NCBI GenBank assembly: GCA_035221665.1
Contig: CM069131.1
Location: forward strand, 133,424,001-133,488,000
DNA: 64,000 bases
Direction: 5' to 3'
Origin: Okamejei kenojei
Taxonomy: Eukaryota
Shown here: piece after piece, positions 51,405 to 62,630 of the stretch
How the letters are laid out: each line of letters begins with the position of its first letter
How positions within the stretch are numbered: position 1 is the first letter of the stretch
Made by a program: the position numbers and the translations under genes
Notes under the pieces: generated by a model
Databases searched by the model: none
What the model was told of the DNA's origin: nothing
The model's input: only the letters and a program-made list of their open reading frames with translations

Positions 51405-51960
51405 TAGGCAGGCAGCATCTATGGAGAGAAGGAATTGATGACGTTTCGGGTCGAGACCCTTCTTCAGAAGTGAGGGGGGTGATTGGTTGAGTACGTGGAG
51501 TAAGTGACAAAGGCTAGAGGTGAAAAGGGGGCAAAAGCATGTCAGATCGTTCGTCTGCTCGTGTGTCAGACGATGTCGCTCGCTGTTGGCTTCTGTCGTT
51601 TCCAACATGTTGACAGAATTGTCGCCCGATGCATCGCGTTGTCGCTTCCAGGGATCGCCACGAGGAGGCTTCTGTCATGATCCACAGCATGTCTGATAAG
51701 GAGAGCTCACGAGTGAAAGGTAAAGTTTGGTAGGAGACGTATGTGTGGAAAGGAATGCAGAAAACAGAGGAGATCTAGGGCTGGAAAGGAGGGGAAAGGA
51801 GTAGGGTGACTGGCAGGTGGGGGGGGGGGGGGGGGGGGGGGGGGGTTATTGAGAGTGGGTGGGAGAAATGGAAATTTTTTAATGGGAAATTGAAATTGGA
51901 AAATTTAATGTTCACATTATTGTGATGTAAGCTAATCACGCAAAGCATGAGGTACTGTTA
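51405..51960 (-). mobile_element. Penelope-like 3' end: GIY-YIG C-terminus, UTR, hammerhead core, terminal module
   Basis: Minus-strand translation QYLMLCVISLHHNNVNIKFSNF near 51960-51890; hammerhead core at 51467-51440. Confidence 0.7.
51440..51467 (-). ncRNA. Minimal type-I hammerhead ribozyme core (PLE type)
   Basis: CTGAAGA-A-GGGT(CTCG)ACCC-GAAA-CGTC: CUGANGA box, stem II, GAAA, palindromic ACGT stem III and a GUC triplet. Stem I is not evident. Confidence 0.65.
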
Positions 51961-52049
51961 CAGAACACAAAGTACTGAAGTCAGCTTATCACTCCAGTAC
52001 TTTGCTCTATGCAAGACTCCAGCACCTGCAGTGCCTTACTGTTATGTTT

Positions 52050-52590
52050 CAGTGTATAAGACATTGGTGAGGTTGCAATTGGAGATTTTTATTCAGTTTA
52101 GATCACCCTGCTACAGGAAAGCTGCAATTAAACTGGAAAGAGGGCAGAAAAGATTCATGAGGATTTTGCCAGGCCTTGAGGGACCAGGTTAAAGGGAATG
52201 GTTTTACAGGGACTTTATTCCTTGGAGTATAGGAGACTGAGGGGAATAAAAATCATGAGTAACTGATGATGCACAGTTCTTTTCCCAGGGCTGGAGAATC
52301 AAGAATTATAGAGCATAGGTTTATGTGAGAAGGGAAAGACTAAATAGGAACCTGAGGGGCAATATATTCACACAAAGGGCAGTACATGTAAGGACAAGCT
52401 GTCAGAGGAAGTGGTTGAGGCAGCTCCATTAACATTTAAAATATATTTGAAAAGGTACATGGATAGAAAATGTTTACAAGGATATGGATCAAACCAAGGG
52501 AAATTGGACTAGCTTGTATGGGTACCTTGGTCAGCATAAACAAGTTGGGCCAAAGGGTCTGTTTCCATGCGATGCTTTATCTTTATGGCT
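52050..52590 (+). mobile_element. Degenerate CR1 3' fragment
   Basis: YKTLVRLQLE...LERGQKRFMRILPGL. Confidence 0.7.
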
Positions 52591-52651
52591 CTCAATATTC
52601 AAAGAAGCAGGCTAGCAATTTCAGTTTTTATAGATGATTACATATTCTCAC

Positions 52652-52737
52652 CTGATGATGGGATTAATTACACGAACTTTAATTGCAAGGTCAGTTACGC
52701 ATTCTTCATCTTCACCGCAGTCATTGGAGAAAGGAAT
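52652..52737 (-). CDS. ITGA2: Integrin alpha-2 exon (19 equivalent; genu)
   Basis: 86 nt: IPFSNDCGEDEECVTDLAIKVRVINPII(R), with the genu CGED..C motif; 95-bp upstream intron. Confidence 0.94.
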
Positions 52738-52832
52738 CTACATCAACATTTTAAATAAAATACAAAATTACATATGTACATGGACCATTTATTCTTTAAT
52801 AAATTCAATGTGAGGTGCTTCCTTGAACTTAC

Positions 52833-52943
52833 AAAGAACTCCCTGGATCTTGCTGTGTTGACATCAAGAGTGGGCCCGGTTTCAAGCCTTTGCGGATTAA
52901 AGTCTAAACGTAGGCCAATTGGGCTTACAATATCTCCAGGTTC
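52833..52943 (-). CDS. ITGA2: Integrin alpha-2 exon (18 equivalent)
   Basis: 111 nt: EPGDIVSPIGLRLDFNPQRLETGPTLDVNTARSREFF; AG/GTAAGT. Confidence 0.92.
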
Positions 52944-53077
52944 CTTGTTTGGAGAGAGTTGACAGTTATAGTTAGAAAACACTGTCTAGCTGGATGTGAA
53001 ATATACTGTACACTACAAGTGCAGAAGTACATGACTAATAAAAATGAATCATAATTATTCGTAAATTTATTGTGCAG

Positions 53078-53350
53078 AATAATGGCATTAGCTATCAGAG
53101 CTGCTGTCTCACAGTGCCAAACACCCAGGTTCAATCTTGACCTTGGGTGCTGCGTATGTAAAGTTCACACGTTTTTTCTGTGAGCATAAGGGTTTCCTAC
53201 TGATACTCCAGTTTCCTCCCATTTCTCAAAACTGCAAAAGTCGGTTATTGCAAGATTTGTAGCAAATGTAGGATTTATCTAAGCGGCAGTGATGTTTGGC
53301 ATAGATTTGGTGGGCTGAAGGACCCGTTTCCGTGCTGTATATCCTTTTGA
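53078..53350 (+). mobile_element. V-SINE
   Basis: GGTTCAATC B box and V-domain remnant. Confidence 0.7.
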
Positions 53351-53506
53351 CTCGATCTGTAACCTTTAAGGATGTTTTACAATGCTCAGTGCTTCTGTAC
53401 TTGCAGCCATGTTTAATCCTTATATATTCTACCAAAGCAATTATAGCTATCAAAAGTAAGTCAGATAGCATGCCATTTCTAACAAATAACTTGGTAGTTT
53501 ACTTAC

Positions 53507-53658
53507 TTGGACATAAAAGATGAGTTCATTGCATTTTTGTGAGTTATCGACTGTAATGACCTTCTTTATTTCTCGATCATTATTTGCTTGAAATAGTCCT
53601 CGTGAACTAACACGAGATGACTTGAGACCAGCATCCAACGTGAGTTTGTAACTAATAT
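53507..53658 (-). CDS. ITGA2: Integrin alpha-2 exon (17 equivalent)
   Basis: 152 nt: (D)ISYKLTLDAGLKSSRVSSRGLFQANNDREIKKVITVDNSQKCNELIFYVQ; SSRV(S/T)SRGLF is ITGA2-like. Confidence 0.94.
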
Positions 53659-53891
53659 CTGGTGATTTTGAAAGGGATTCCTTTAATAAGGCATTTCTAT
53701 TTAAAAGTTTACAAGTATTTTATTACGATACGATAGAACTTTATTTATCCCAGGAGGGAAATTGATCTGCCAACAATCATAAAAACACAAAATCCATGAA
53801 ACATGTATTTACCGTAATCATACAATCATTTAATAAATAACAGTAAGACTAGTAAGTTATTAGACGTTTTGAACAGTTACATCATATCATA

Positions 53892-55348
53892 TCTATATAC
53901 TTTTAAAACTCTGTGTGTGTGTGTGTGTGTGTCATTTTGCCTGTGAAACTTATCTCCTCAAAACGCTGAAACTGAACATTTTTAACATATTTCAGTAGAG
54001 ATTTCTTTGTGATTTTAGAAATCCACTCCTCTGTACATTTGGTGAATTATTTCCCTGACTTTTTTAATTAAAATTGTTGACCAAATTGACCTTTTTAAAA
54101 AATCTGACCGCTACCCAGCTGCTGACGTTACAATAACAGTGACATTTTTACATCTTCTGGTAGAAATTTTCCTTATGATTTCAAAAATCAAATACAAAAT
54201 AAATTTGGTCCATTATTTCCCGAGATATTTACTAAAATTTATAACCAAACTGACATAAAAAAAAAAATTAAGGTTGCCTAGCTGTTGACCTCACAATGCC
54301 TTTCCTCGTGGCCATGTCCCTCCCCCTCCTCCCGCCACTCTGGATTAATGCAGCTGCTGTTAACGTGCATGCGCAGTTTTCCACGAGGTACGCTATCCCA
54401 CCCACCCCCCACGTTCTTCAAAAGGCGTAGAAAGATCAAGAAAGTTCTGCAGCAAAACCCTACAGCTCAGCTCCGCTATAGGATCTTTGTTCTGCAGATC
54501 GCTCATGCGTGCTGAATAAGCTTCTCCTCACTGTCGGCACAGCTCATGATGCCCCGCCCCTCCCATCCCCTGCCCGCCCGCTCAATCAGCTGTTGGTTTC
54601 CAGAGAGGCAAGGCGGTGCTGCCTCTCTCCGCTGTTCGCAGCACACTTACTCGCCCGGCTCCCCCCCCCCCCCCTTCTCCCCTCCTCTTTCACTCCCCTC
54701 TCCTCTCTACCATCACAGGGGATGACCTCTCCGTGTCTGTGGCCACGGCCCGATCCTCTGTGACGCTGGCGGAAGCTTTTGCCAGTCCTCAGCAAAGAGC
54801 CTATAGCACGCTATAGGATCTTTGGTCCTCGGATCGCTCCGGGCTCGCTCGAGCCCCCGCGACCTGCCGCCCCGCCCCACTCCTCTCTCTCCACTCCTCC
54901 TCCCCCTCCCCTCTCCATCCCCCCCACCCCTGCCCTCCCTCCCCTAAACCCCCTTCGCCCCTCCACCCCTCCCATGCCCCCTCCCCCCCTCTCAGCCCCC
55001 ATCTCTCCTCCCCTCTCTCTCGCTCTCCCATTCTCACCCACCTTCCTTCTCCTCCCCTCCACCCCCTCTCCCTCTCCCTCTGCCCCCTCTCTCTGTCCCT
55101 CCCCATTCTCTCTCTGCCCTCACTCTCTACCCCCCCCCCTCCCTCTCTAGACACGCCTGCGAGTTGGGGGCTGTGTGTCAGTGGATAGGGCAGTTATGGG
55201 GTAAAAGGAGCAAATTAATAATATTAATATAATTTCAAGGGGTGTAGTTAGCTTGCATGCGGGGGGGTAGTTAGTGTGTGGGGGTGGTTAGTGTGTGTGA
55301 CACCGCATGCTGCCCACCCTCCCAGCAACAGGTCTGCACTTGGTCTAG
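53892..55348 (+). mobile_element. Non-autonomous Helitron-like element
   Basis: A|TCTATATAC start, CACTTGGTCTAG|T end, no TSD; internal (TG)n and a C/T-rich tract. Confidence 0.75.
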
Positions 55349-56207
55349 TATCCAATGAATGTATTAAACTTTCTTGAAATGGAAAAAAGGTCAAAGAATG
55401 ATGAATGAAGAATAATTGTATGTTGTGCCAGCAAGGAATGGAAACTAAATACAAATCCTGGTTTTCCTAGCTCTGCTTTTTGTTGGTTTGGCTAAAAATA
55501 CAAGCTCTTTGTTGATGGAGAAAGTTACTGAACAGCAGGAACATATAATTAAAACAGGGAAGGAAACAAAATTGCACTGCAGGTCAGACTGCAATTGTAG
55601 AGACTAATTAGGTTTACTATTTTCAGCTGATGATCTTTATTCAAAAGTGCCAAAAGGTAGGACTGTCGATAGACACAAAATGCTGGAGTAACTCAGTGGG
55701 ACGGGCAGCATTTCTGGAGAGAAGGAATGGGTGACAATTCAGGTCAAGAAACTTCAGTCTGAAGTAGGGTCTCAAACCCATTCCATCTGTCCAGAGATGC
55801 TGCCTGTCCCGCTGAGGTACCCCAACATTTTGAATCTATCTTCGGTTTAAACCAGCATCTGAAGTTCTTTCCTACAGAATTTCAGACTGTATCAGGTTTC
55901 AATCAATACAGTCATGGAGTTACAGAAAGTGTGTCAGGTGGTGGGAAGGGAACGATTGAAAGATGGCTGCATTGGGATTGATTAGATTGTGTATGACAAA
56001 AATGATGGGAACTCAGGGAGAATAAAATAGGATGCGTGAAAAAAATGGTGCTGGATGAAGGCCGAAGAACCCATTTCTGTGCTGCATTTTTCAATAATCC
56101 AGTGCATTTCATGTTTGATGTTTCATGTGGAATCATGCTGGAGGTGGTGAAAGATGTGCAAAGTTATAGTTATGGGAGGAAAAGGAGAGTTTGAATGTGA
56201 TGGAGAG

Positions 56208-56710
56208 CCATAGCAATGACTAGTGGGGTGCCGCAAGGCTCAGTGCTGTGACCCCAGTTATTTACAATATATATTAACGATTTAGACAAAGGAATTAAAT
56301 GTAACATCTCCAGGTTTTCGACTGGGCTTATTATTCATTGGAATGTAGGAGGATGAGAGGGAATCTTACAGATAGGACAGGTTAGATGCAGGAAAAATGT
56401 TCCTGATGTTGGGGGAGTCGAGAACCAGGGGTCACAGTTTAAGAATAAGGGGTAGGCCATTTAGGACTGAGATGAGAAAACCGTTTTCACTCAGTTGTGA
56501 ATCTGTGGAATTCTCTGCCACAGAAGGCAGTGGAGGCCAATTCACTGGATATTTTCAAGAGAGAGTTAGACATAGCTCTGAGGGATAACGGAATCGAGAT
56601 ATGGGGAGAAAGGAGAAACGGGGTACTGATTTAGGATGATCAGCCATGATCATATTGAATGGTGGTGTTGACTATGCACCTATTTTCTGTTTTTTTTTCT
56701 ATGTTTCCAT
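56208..56710 (+). mobile_element. Internally deleted CR1 fragment
   Basis: SGVPQGSVL..YINDLD followed by ESRTRGHSLRIRGRPF. Confidence 0.75.
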
Positions 56711-57013
56711 GGTTGAGTGGTCTATTTAAGTTGAATCCTTAGACAGAAAAGACAGAATCTTGTCGAGCAAAATTGTTAAATACTAAAATAATAAACTATT
56801 TTTGGCCAACCAAGTGCATTTATCAAACATCTTTCATTGAAAGATTATATTCTCTATAAACTGTACTATATTTTATAATTTCATATTTAATTCCTTATGA
56901 TATTCATTGAAATGTTCACACTATATAGAAAATATGATAACCATCAATCTAATTTTGCCAGGGATTAGGCAGAAACATTAACATCCTTGAATGTGTCACT
57001 TGAGGCAAGATAA

Positions 57014-57120
57014 ATGGGCCTGTCCAACTTAGGTGATTTTTCAGCAGGCTGCCGGCGACTGTTAAATTGCCGGCAGTCGCCTGAAAAACCGGGAACTACA
57101 ACGGCGACTGTCAGAGTGAA

Positions 57121-57151
<31 letters not shown>

Positions 57152-57823
57152 TTGCAAAGGCGGGGGGCCAGGGCAAGCGGGGTGAGCCCTATCTGAAATC
57201 CACACAGTGCAAAGCCAAAGTGATACAGACACACACCGCGATGAGCAGGAAGGTTGGCGCAGTAATTAAGACGGCTAGCACTGTGTACAGTAAGTCCTTT
57301 AAAAGAGGGGGGAAGGGGAGAAGGGGAGAGAAGGGGGGGAGAAGGAGTGGAGACATTTTTAAGAAGCCAGACAACTTTTAATAAGCCGGAGATGCACAGC
57401 TTTGAAGTTCAGCGGACATTTAACATTACCAGTCGGTTATCCTTGGTTCTGAAAACTCCTGCTTACGTTTTTTTCCCCCGATGAGCCAATGAAAATGACC
57501 GGTCAGCAAAGGCGATTAACTAATACTACCTAAGACTACCTCGACTACCTATAACTACATGGCGACCCCACTACAACTGCACCTACGACTACAGGATTAT
57601 AGATTTTCTCCATGGCGACAAATTTTTGGTCACAGAAAATATTTCAACATGTTGAAAAACTTACGGTGACCATACTGGGGCTGCGACTAGTTTCCAGAAT
57701 GTGGGAACTCCTCGTGACCATGAAGCAGACTCACCAGAGACCACCAGTGAACATATGGCGACCATGGGGCGAGCGCAGAGTCTCCTGTACTCGCCTAAAA
57801 AGTCGCCTGTAGGACAGGCCCAT
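57014..57823. mobile_element. Non-autonomous DNA transposon (longer relative of the 10304 MITE)
   Basis: 12-bp perfect TIR ATGGGCCTGTCC / GGACAGGCCCAT; internal (CA)n and GGCGAC repeats. Confidence 0.82.
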
Positions 57824-58247
57824 GATGTATGTGTGGCTTAGGATATGTAAGACTTGCTTGCAATGTCACTTTTGTCGAACCTGAGACATTTTCAACTCCA
57901 AACTTAATTACTACTTTGGAGTTTGTTTTCGTGGCTGCGACCCAACTACTACAGCTTCTTATTTCTTGCTGAACTGAAATTTTTGATTAAACAAATACAT
58001 TTTTTGAAAATATAAGCTATGAAATCCATTCAAGATTGTTCCAACTTGTTTCATATTTCAGGAAGGAGACTGATTAATTTTGTCAAATAGTGGAAAGTCA
58101 ATTGAATTATGACGTGATTGGGATGCCTTTAATGGATATCCAAGTTTATTATGAATTGGTTTCTCAAAGTGTTTGGTAACATTAAGCAATACCACATATT
58201 GCATAAAATGTTTGATCAAAAATAAAAACAAGACCAATGATTCTTAC

Positions 58248-58411
58248 CTATTGATGATCCAGAATTTTCAGGTTTAATTGAAGCTTGGAAGCATATTTTA
58301 ATTTTGTCACAAGTTTGACCATTTCCATTGATTGTACAAGATTTGTTCAAAATTGAGAGTTTTGTTGGGTCAAACATCACTGTAACACTTACATTTGCAA
58401 TGTTTCGTGAC
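58248..58411 (-). CDS. ITGA2: Integrin alpha-2 exon (16 equivalent; thigh)
   Basis: 164 nt, phase 2 to 1: SRNIANVSVTVMFDPTKLSILNKSCTINGNGQTCDKIKICFQASIKPENSGSSI. Confidence 0.93.
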
Positions 58412-59775
58412 CTTAAAATGGAATGAAAGCCCTGTTATTATATGCAGTGTATAAAATATAACTAATTAAATTAAAGCAAGTGCAATTAGCACATTATGAA
58501 ATCTAAAACATCCATCAATGGGACAGGTTTCCCGATACCCTAGAATATAGTCCACCTATCATGGGAATAGAATGTACTCATCAGTTAATCTAACAACAAT
58601 ATTGTATCTGAAAACCATATGCTCTCTGGTTATTGCCACTGTTGATGACCTCAGAATTGCTCAAATATTTTTGACGACTCTAAATAGTGAGATTGTGCTT
58701 CCTCCTTACCTAAATGTGGTCCTAGCAGTGATGTTTGTTTCTCAGTCATTAAAGCTATTGTGGTATACATCTGCACCATGGATGGTATGTGATATAGTGG
58801 GATACTTAATCCATGTATCCTTTTGTTTTTTCCACATTGCAGAGATCAGAAATCTTGTTGAACTAATCTTCAATAGATTCTACTTGTAGACTGATTTCAT
58901 CTTGAACAAGTCAGCATGGTGGGATTTCTACTAATACTATTTCAGGGACGCATATCCATAGTTAGATTCAAGATTACGGACACACGTTGTCATTGATTTC
59001 CTTCACTACTGACATCGTCTGCACTATGTCCTTCAGTGCTTAACTGGCTCAGTCAGAGATAATGCAATTGAGCTCCTCTTGGAAAAATATTTTCTTATAA
59101 TATTTTAAATAATTATGAAAAAAGCATGTGAGTCATAGGAAAACGGATATCTTTAATGTGGAAACACTGGGCAGATGTTGATATCTTGAGCAAAAATGAA
59201 ACAAACTGCTGGAGGAACTCAACGGGTCAGACAGCATCTGTGGAGGGAAATGAATGGACAACGTTTCAGATTCTGAAGAAGTGTCCCAGCAATTATTTTT
59301 GCTTCAGATTCCATTATCTCCAGCTGTTAGTTTTTTTTAAGATGAAAAATATTGCTTTGTTAATATAACTTGATACTTTTAATAACATTTGTCATATCAA
59401 ATCCCAGTCTTCTTTTATCCCAGAGACTATCCAAATCAGAGAAAAAAACCCTTTGCAATATATCCCAAAATGTCACCTATCCATGTTCTCCAGAGACCTC
59501 CTCTCTTCTAGCTTTTATCCCCCACCCCCCAAACTGAAGAACGGGCCTGACCCAAAATGTCCTATCCATGTTCTCCGGAGATGTAGCCTGCCCCCTGAGT
59601 TATACCAGCACTTTGTCTTTTTTTGTAAACCAGCTTCTGCAGGTCCTTGTTCTTACTATTGCATTCGAGCTGAAGCACAATATGAAAACATAAAAAAACC
59701 TCACCACAGGTCCTAGACTAAAATATGCAAAGTAACTAGACATTTCAGAAAGCAGATAGAATTATTTTCTCCTAC

Positions 59776-59906
59776 CAAAGTTGCACCACATTCCCAATGG
59801 ATCCAACTGTTAGATCTGTGATAGAATCTCCATTCAAATCCTTCTGCCCATCGATGGACAGCCCAAAATATTGCAATTGTAAGTTGATTGCTGAAGCTTG
59901 TATTTT
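59776..59906 (-). CDS. ITGA2: Integrin alpha-2 exon (15 equivalent; last FG-GAP)
   Basis: 131 nt: KIQASAINLQLQYFGLSIDGQKDLNGDSITDLTVGSIGNVVQL(W); AG/GT. Confidence 0.95.
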
Positions 59907-60197
59907 CTAGAAAATATCAAAATAAGTTTAGAATGTTGATTTATTCTAATGTATAATAAAGTGCCCATTTTGATTTAACTCTCCCGCTAGTTACACATGG
60001 GCATTGAGTGGATAATCAAAGGTTTCCAATAATGAATAATACTTGTGAGACTTTAATGGCAGATTGGAAAATCATGGTTTAGCCAAATGTAATAGTTAAC
60101 ACATAGTGATAGTGAATGGAAGAAAACCATTAAAAATATAATAAGCTATTCCAAAGAAAGAAAGATAGAACTTCCAATTCTTTCCTACTTTTCACAA

Positions 60198-61492
60198 CCT
60201 TAAGATTTCCAAAATAATTTTGTGCCCAAGGAAGAATTTTACATTGATTTTCCAGAAGAATTGTTGTTGGTATAATGCAGAAAATACACTTGATAGTATC
60301 TATGCAACAGTGTGCCAAGAAGGGTAATAAAGTAATAAAAAGATAATCTATTTTTGAAGTATTAATATTGGCCAGAATGCAATGCAAATGTCTAATTCAA
60401 ATGAGATGTGTAATGTATGATTTTTAAAAATGTTTTAAAAAATGCCGACTAGTGATCCCCATACACTAGCACCATCTTACACATCAGGAACAATCCACAA
60501 TCTTTACTGAAGCTAATTACACTACAAATGTGTACAACGTTGGAGTGTGGGATGAAACCGGAGCGCCCGGGGAAAACCCATGCGGTCACGGGGAGAATGT
60601 CCAAACTCTGTAAAGGCAGCCCCATTGTCAGGATTGAACCCAGATCTCTGGCACTGTAAGGCAGCAACTCTACGGCTGCTCCATCGTGATACCTTGAAGG
60701 CACTAGAATGCAATTGGAATTTTGCACTCTAATCTCTACCATGAGACTTCAACGAGAGTCTTTGGTAGAATTTAACGTCAGCAGTGGTTCCGTTGGCGGT
60801 TAACTCACTGCCGATTAATAAGGATGTGTCCAGAGGTCCCATTCCATTCCAGAGAAGAGGGAAACTTGACTGTGGTACTGATGAGGTGATTGTCAAAAGG
60901 GGCAATATTAGATATCTGCTAAAACCAAAGCCCATTCTCCTTTCTCAGATGTGTTTACCAAATTTCATGGCCATATTTCAAAGCCCAAAGAAATTATCCA
61001 CATTATCTAGCCAATATTTATTCTTCAGTCAACATCACTGAAACAGACTAGCTGTTCAAAATGGGTTCTCATTGTGCACAACTAAATCACAACACTTTCA
61101 AGATTACGACCATGATTGTACTTTGAAAGTTCCTGTATTGGATTTGGGTGTCATGTTAGTCTTTCTAAGTCAGAGAAAAGAATGCCATAATGGCTGATTT
61201 ACTACATCTAACTTACGGATGACTGTTATAAAGACAGAGCAGTTAATACGGAACATATTTAATACCACTGGGTTTTTGGGATGAGATAGCATGAGATATC
61301 TGCATAGCACCCTGGTCCATATATTTATACTTCAAAAATAGATTCTCTTGTTATTACTGCATTACTGTTCCTGGCAGACTGTTGCATATAAATTATTGAG
61401 TGTATTTTCTACATTACACCAACAACAATTCTTCTAAAAAATAAATGTGAAATTCTTCCTAGGGTGCAAAGTACTTTGGAAAATTTCTTAGG
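60198..61492. repeat. Intronic inverted repeat, arms of about 195 bp (60198-60392 / 61295-61492)
   Basis: For example AGAAGAATTGTTGTTGGT and AATCTATTTTTGAAGTAT occur reverse-complemented in the second arm. Confidence 0.85.
60449..60686 (-). mobile_element. V-SINE
   Basis: Antisense head (GGGTTCAATCCTGAC) and V-domain. Confidence 0.75.
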
Positions 61493-61613
61493 AATGAACT
61501 GATTTATGGAAAATGACACAAGCAAGGATGGCAGCAAATTATTTACTGAAACAAAATGTTAATTCTGGAATGTTTAACATGAAACCCCTTCAGAAATATC
61601 AGAAATATCATAC

Positions 61614-61820
61614 TTGCGTATGTTTTGGTTCGATTGATTTTTGATAACCATTATATATGTAAACTACTCCATGGTTTTCATCTTCGACAGGTGCTCCCAC
61701 TGCCACGTCATTGTAACCATCCAGATTGATGTCAGTGATGGGAGCAATGGCAGCTCCAAAGCGATTGTTCTTTCCATTGGCTGGTCCTTCCAACATGCCT
61801 TTCTTTTCCAGATTTCCATG
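61614..61820 (-). CDS. ITGA2: Integrin alpha-2 exon (14 equivalent; FG-GAP)
   Basis: 207 nt: HGNLEKKGMLEGPANGKNNRFGAAIAPITDINLDGYNDVAVGAPVEDENHGVVYIYNGYQKSIEPKHTQ; DxNxDGxxD motif. Confidence 0.96.
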
Positions 61821-61947
61821 CTGAATTACAAATTCCTACTTTAGGCTGGATTGATATTAATGCAACTCACAAATAAATAACATATATTATATTAGAATGA
61901 ATCACCGGCCATTTAATTTCTTTGGTTTAAGAAGTTGTGCAGTGAAT

Positions 61948-62101
61948 TGTTTTTCGTGGCAATGTAAATATCATTTAACAGACTTTACGTTCCAGTTTGA
62001 GCCACTGCTGTTTACTCTTGGCCCTGTTTTTCGTGGCAATGTAAATATCATTTAACAGACTTTACGTTCCAGTTTGAGCCACTGCTGTTTACTCTTGGCC
62101 C
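61948..62101. repeat. Perfect 77-bp tandem duplication
   Basis: 61948-62024 is identical to 62025-62101. Confidence 0.95.
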
Positions 62102-62104
62102 TGT

Positions 62105-62630
62105 AGTTTAGTTTAGTTTATTAATGTCATGTGAACCTCTTTTTGTTGCATGCTATCCAGTCAGTGAAAAGACTGGATTACAATCAAGCTGTCCGCAGTG
62201 TACAGATACAGGATGAAGGGTATAACGTTTAGTGTAAGATAAAATCCCGTAAAGTCCGATTAAAGATAGCTAGGTCGTTAATGAGATAGGACCACTCTCT
62301 AGTTGGTGATAGGACTGTTCAGTTGCCTGTCCCTGAAACTGGAGGTATGTGTTTTCAAACTTCTGTACCTCTTGCCTGATAGGAAAGGGGAGAAGATGGA
62401 GTGACAAGGGTGAGACTGGTTCTTGATAATGCTGGTGACCTTGCCGAGGCAGCATGCAGTGTAGATGGAGTCAATGGAAGGGAGTTGGTTTGTGTGATGA
62501 ACTGGGCTTTGTCTACAACTCTCTGCAATTTCTTGCGATCTTGGATGGAGCAGTTTCCAAAACATGCTATCTTGCATCCCGATAAAATGCTTTCCACAGC
62601 GCATCTATTGAGGTTGGTGAGGCTTGTAGG
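62105..62630 (-). mobile_element. Rex1/Babar-type LINE 3' fragment
   Basis: ESILSGC..WFGN...RKKLQRVV..AQ and SGKRYRSL; tail AATAAACTAAACTAAACT. Confidence 0.8.

Noticed and set aside
50688-51608. 306-aa ORF as a novel fusion gene
   Set aside because: A chance read-through of MITE and PLE fragments into a CR1 3' fragment; no coherent N-terminal domain.
32625-51845. G23 (32625-32647) and G27 (51819-51845) homopolymers as regulatory G-quadruplexes
   Set aside because: Simple runs whose lengths are unreliable in assemblies; no supporting context.
54509-55154. Pro-rich and Gly/Arg-rich ORFs
   Set aside because: Translation of a low-complexity C/T tract inside the Helitron-like element.
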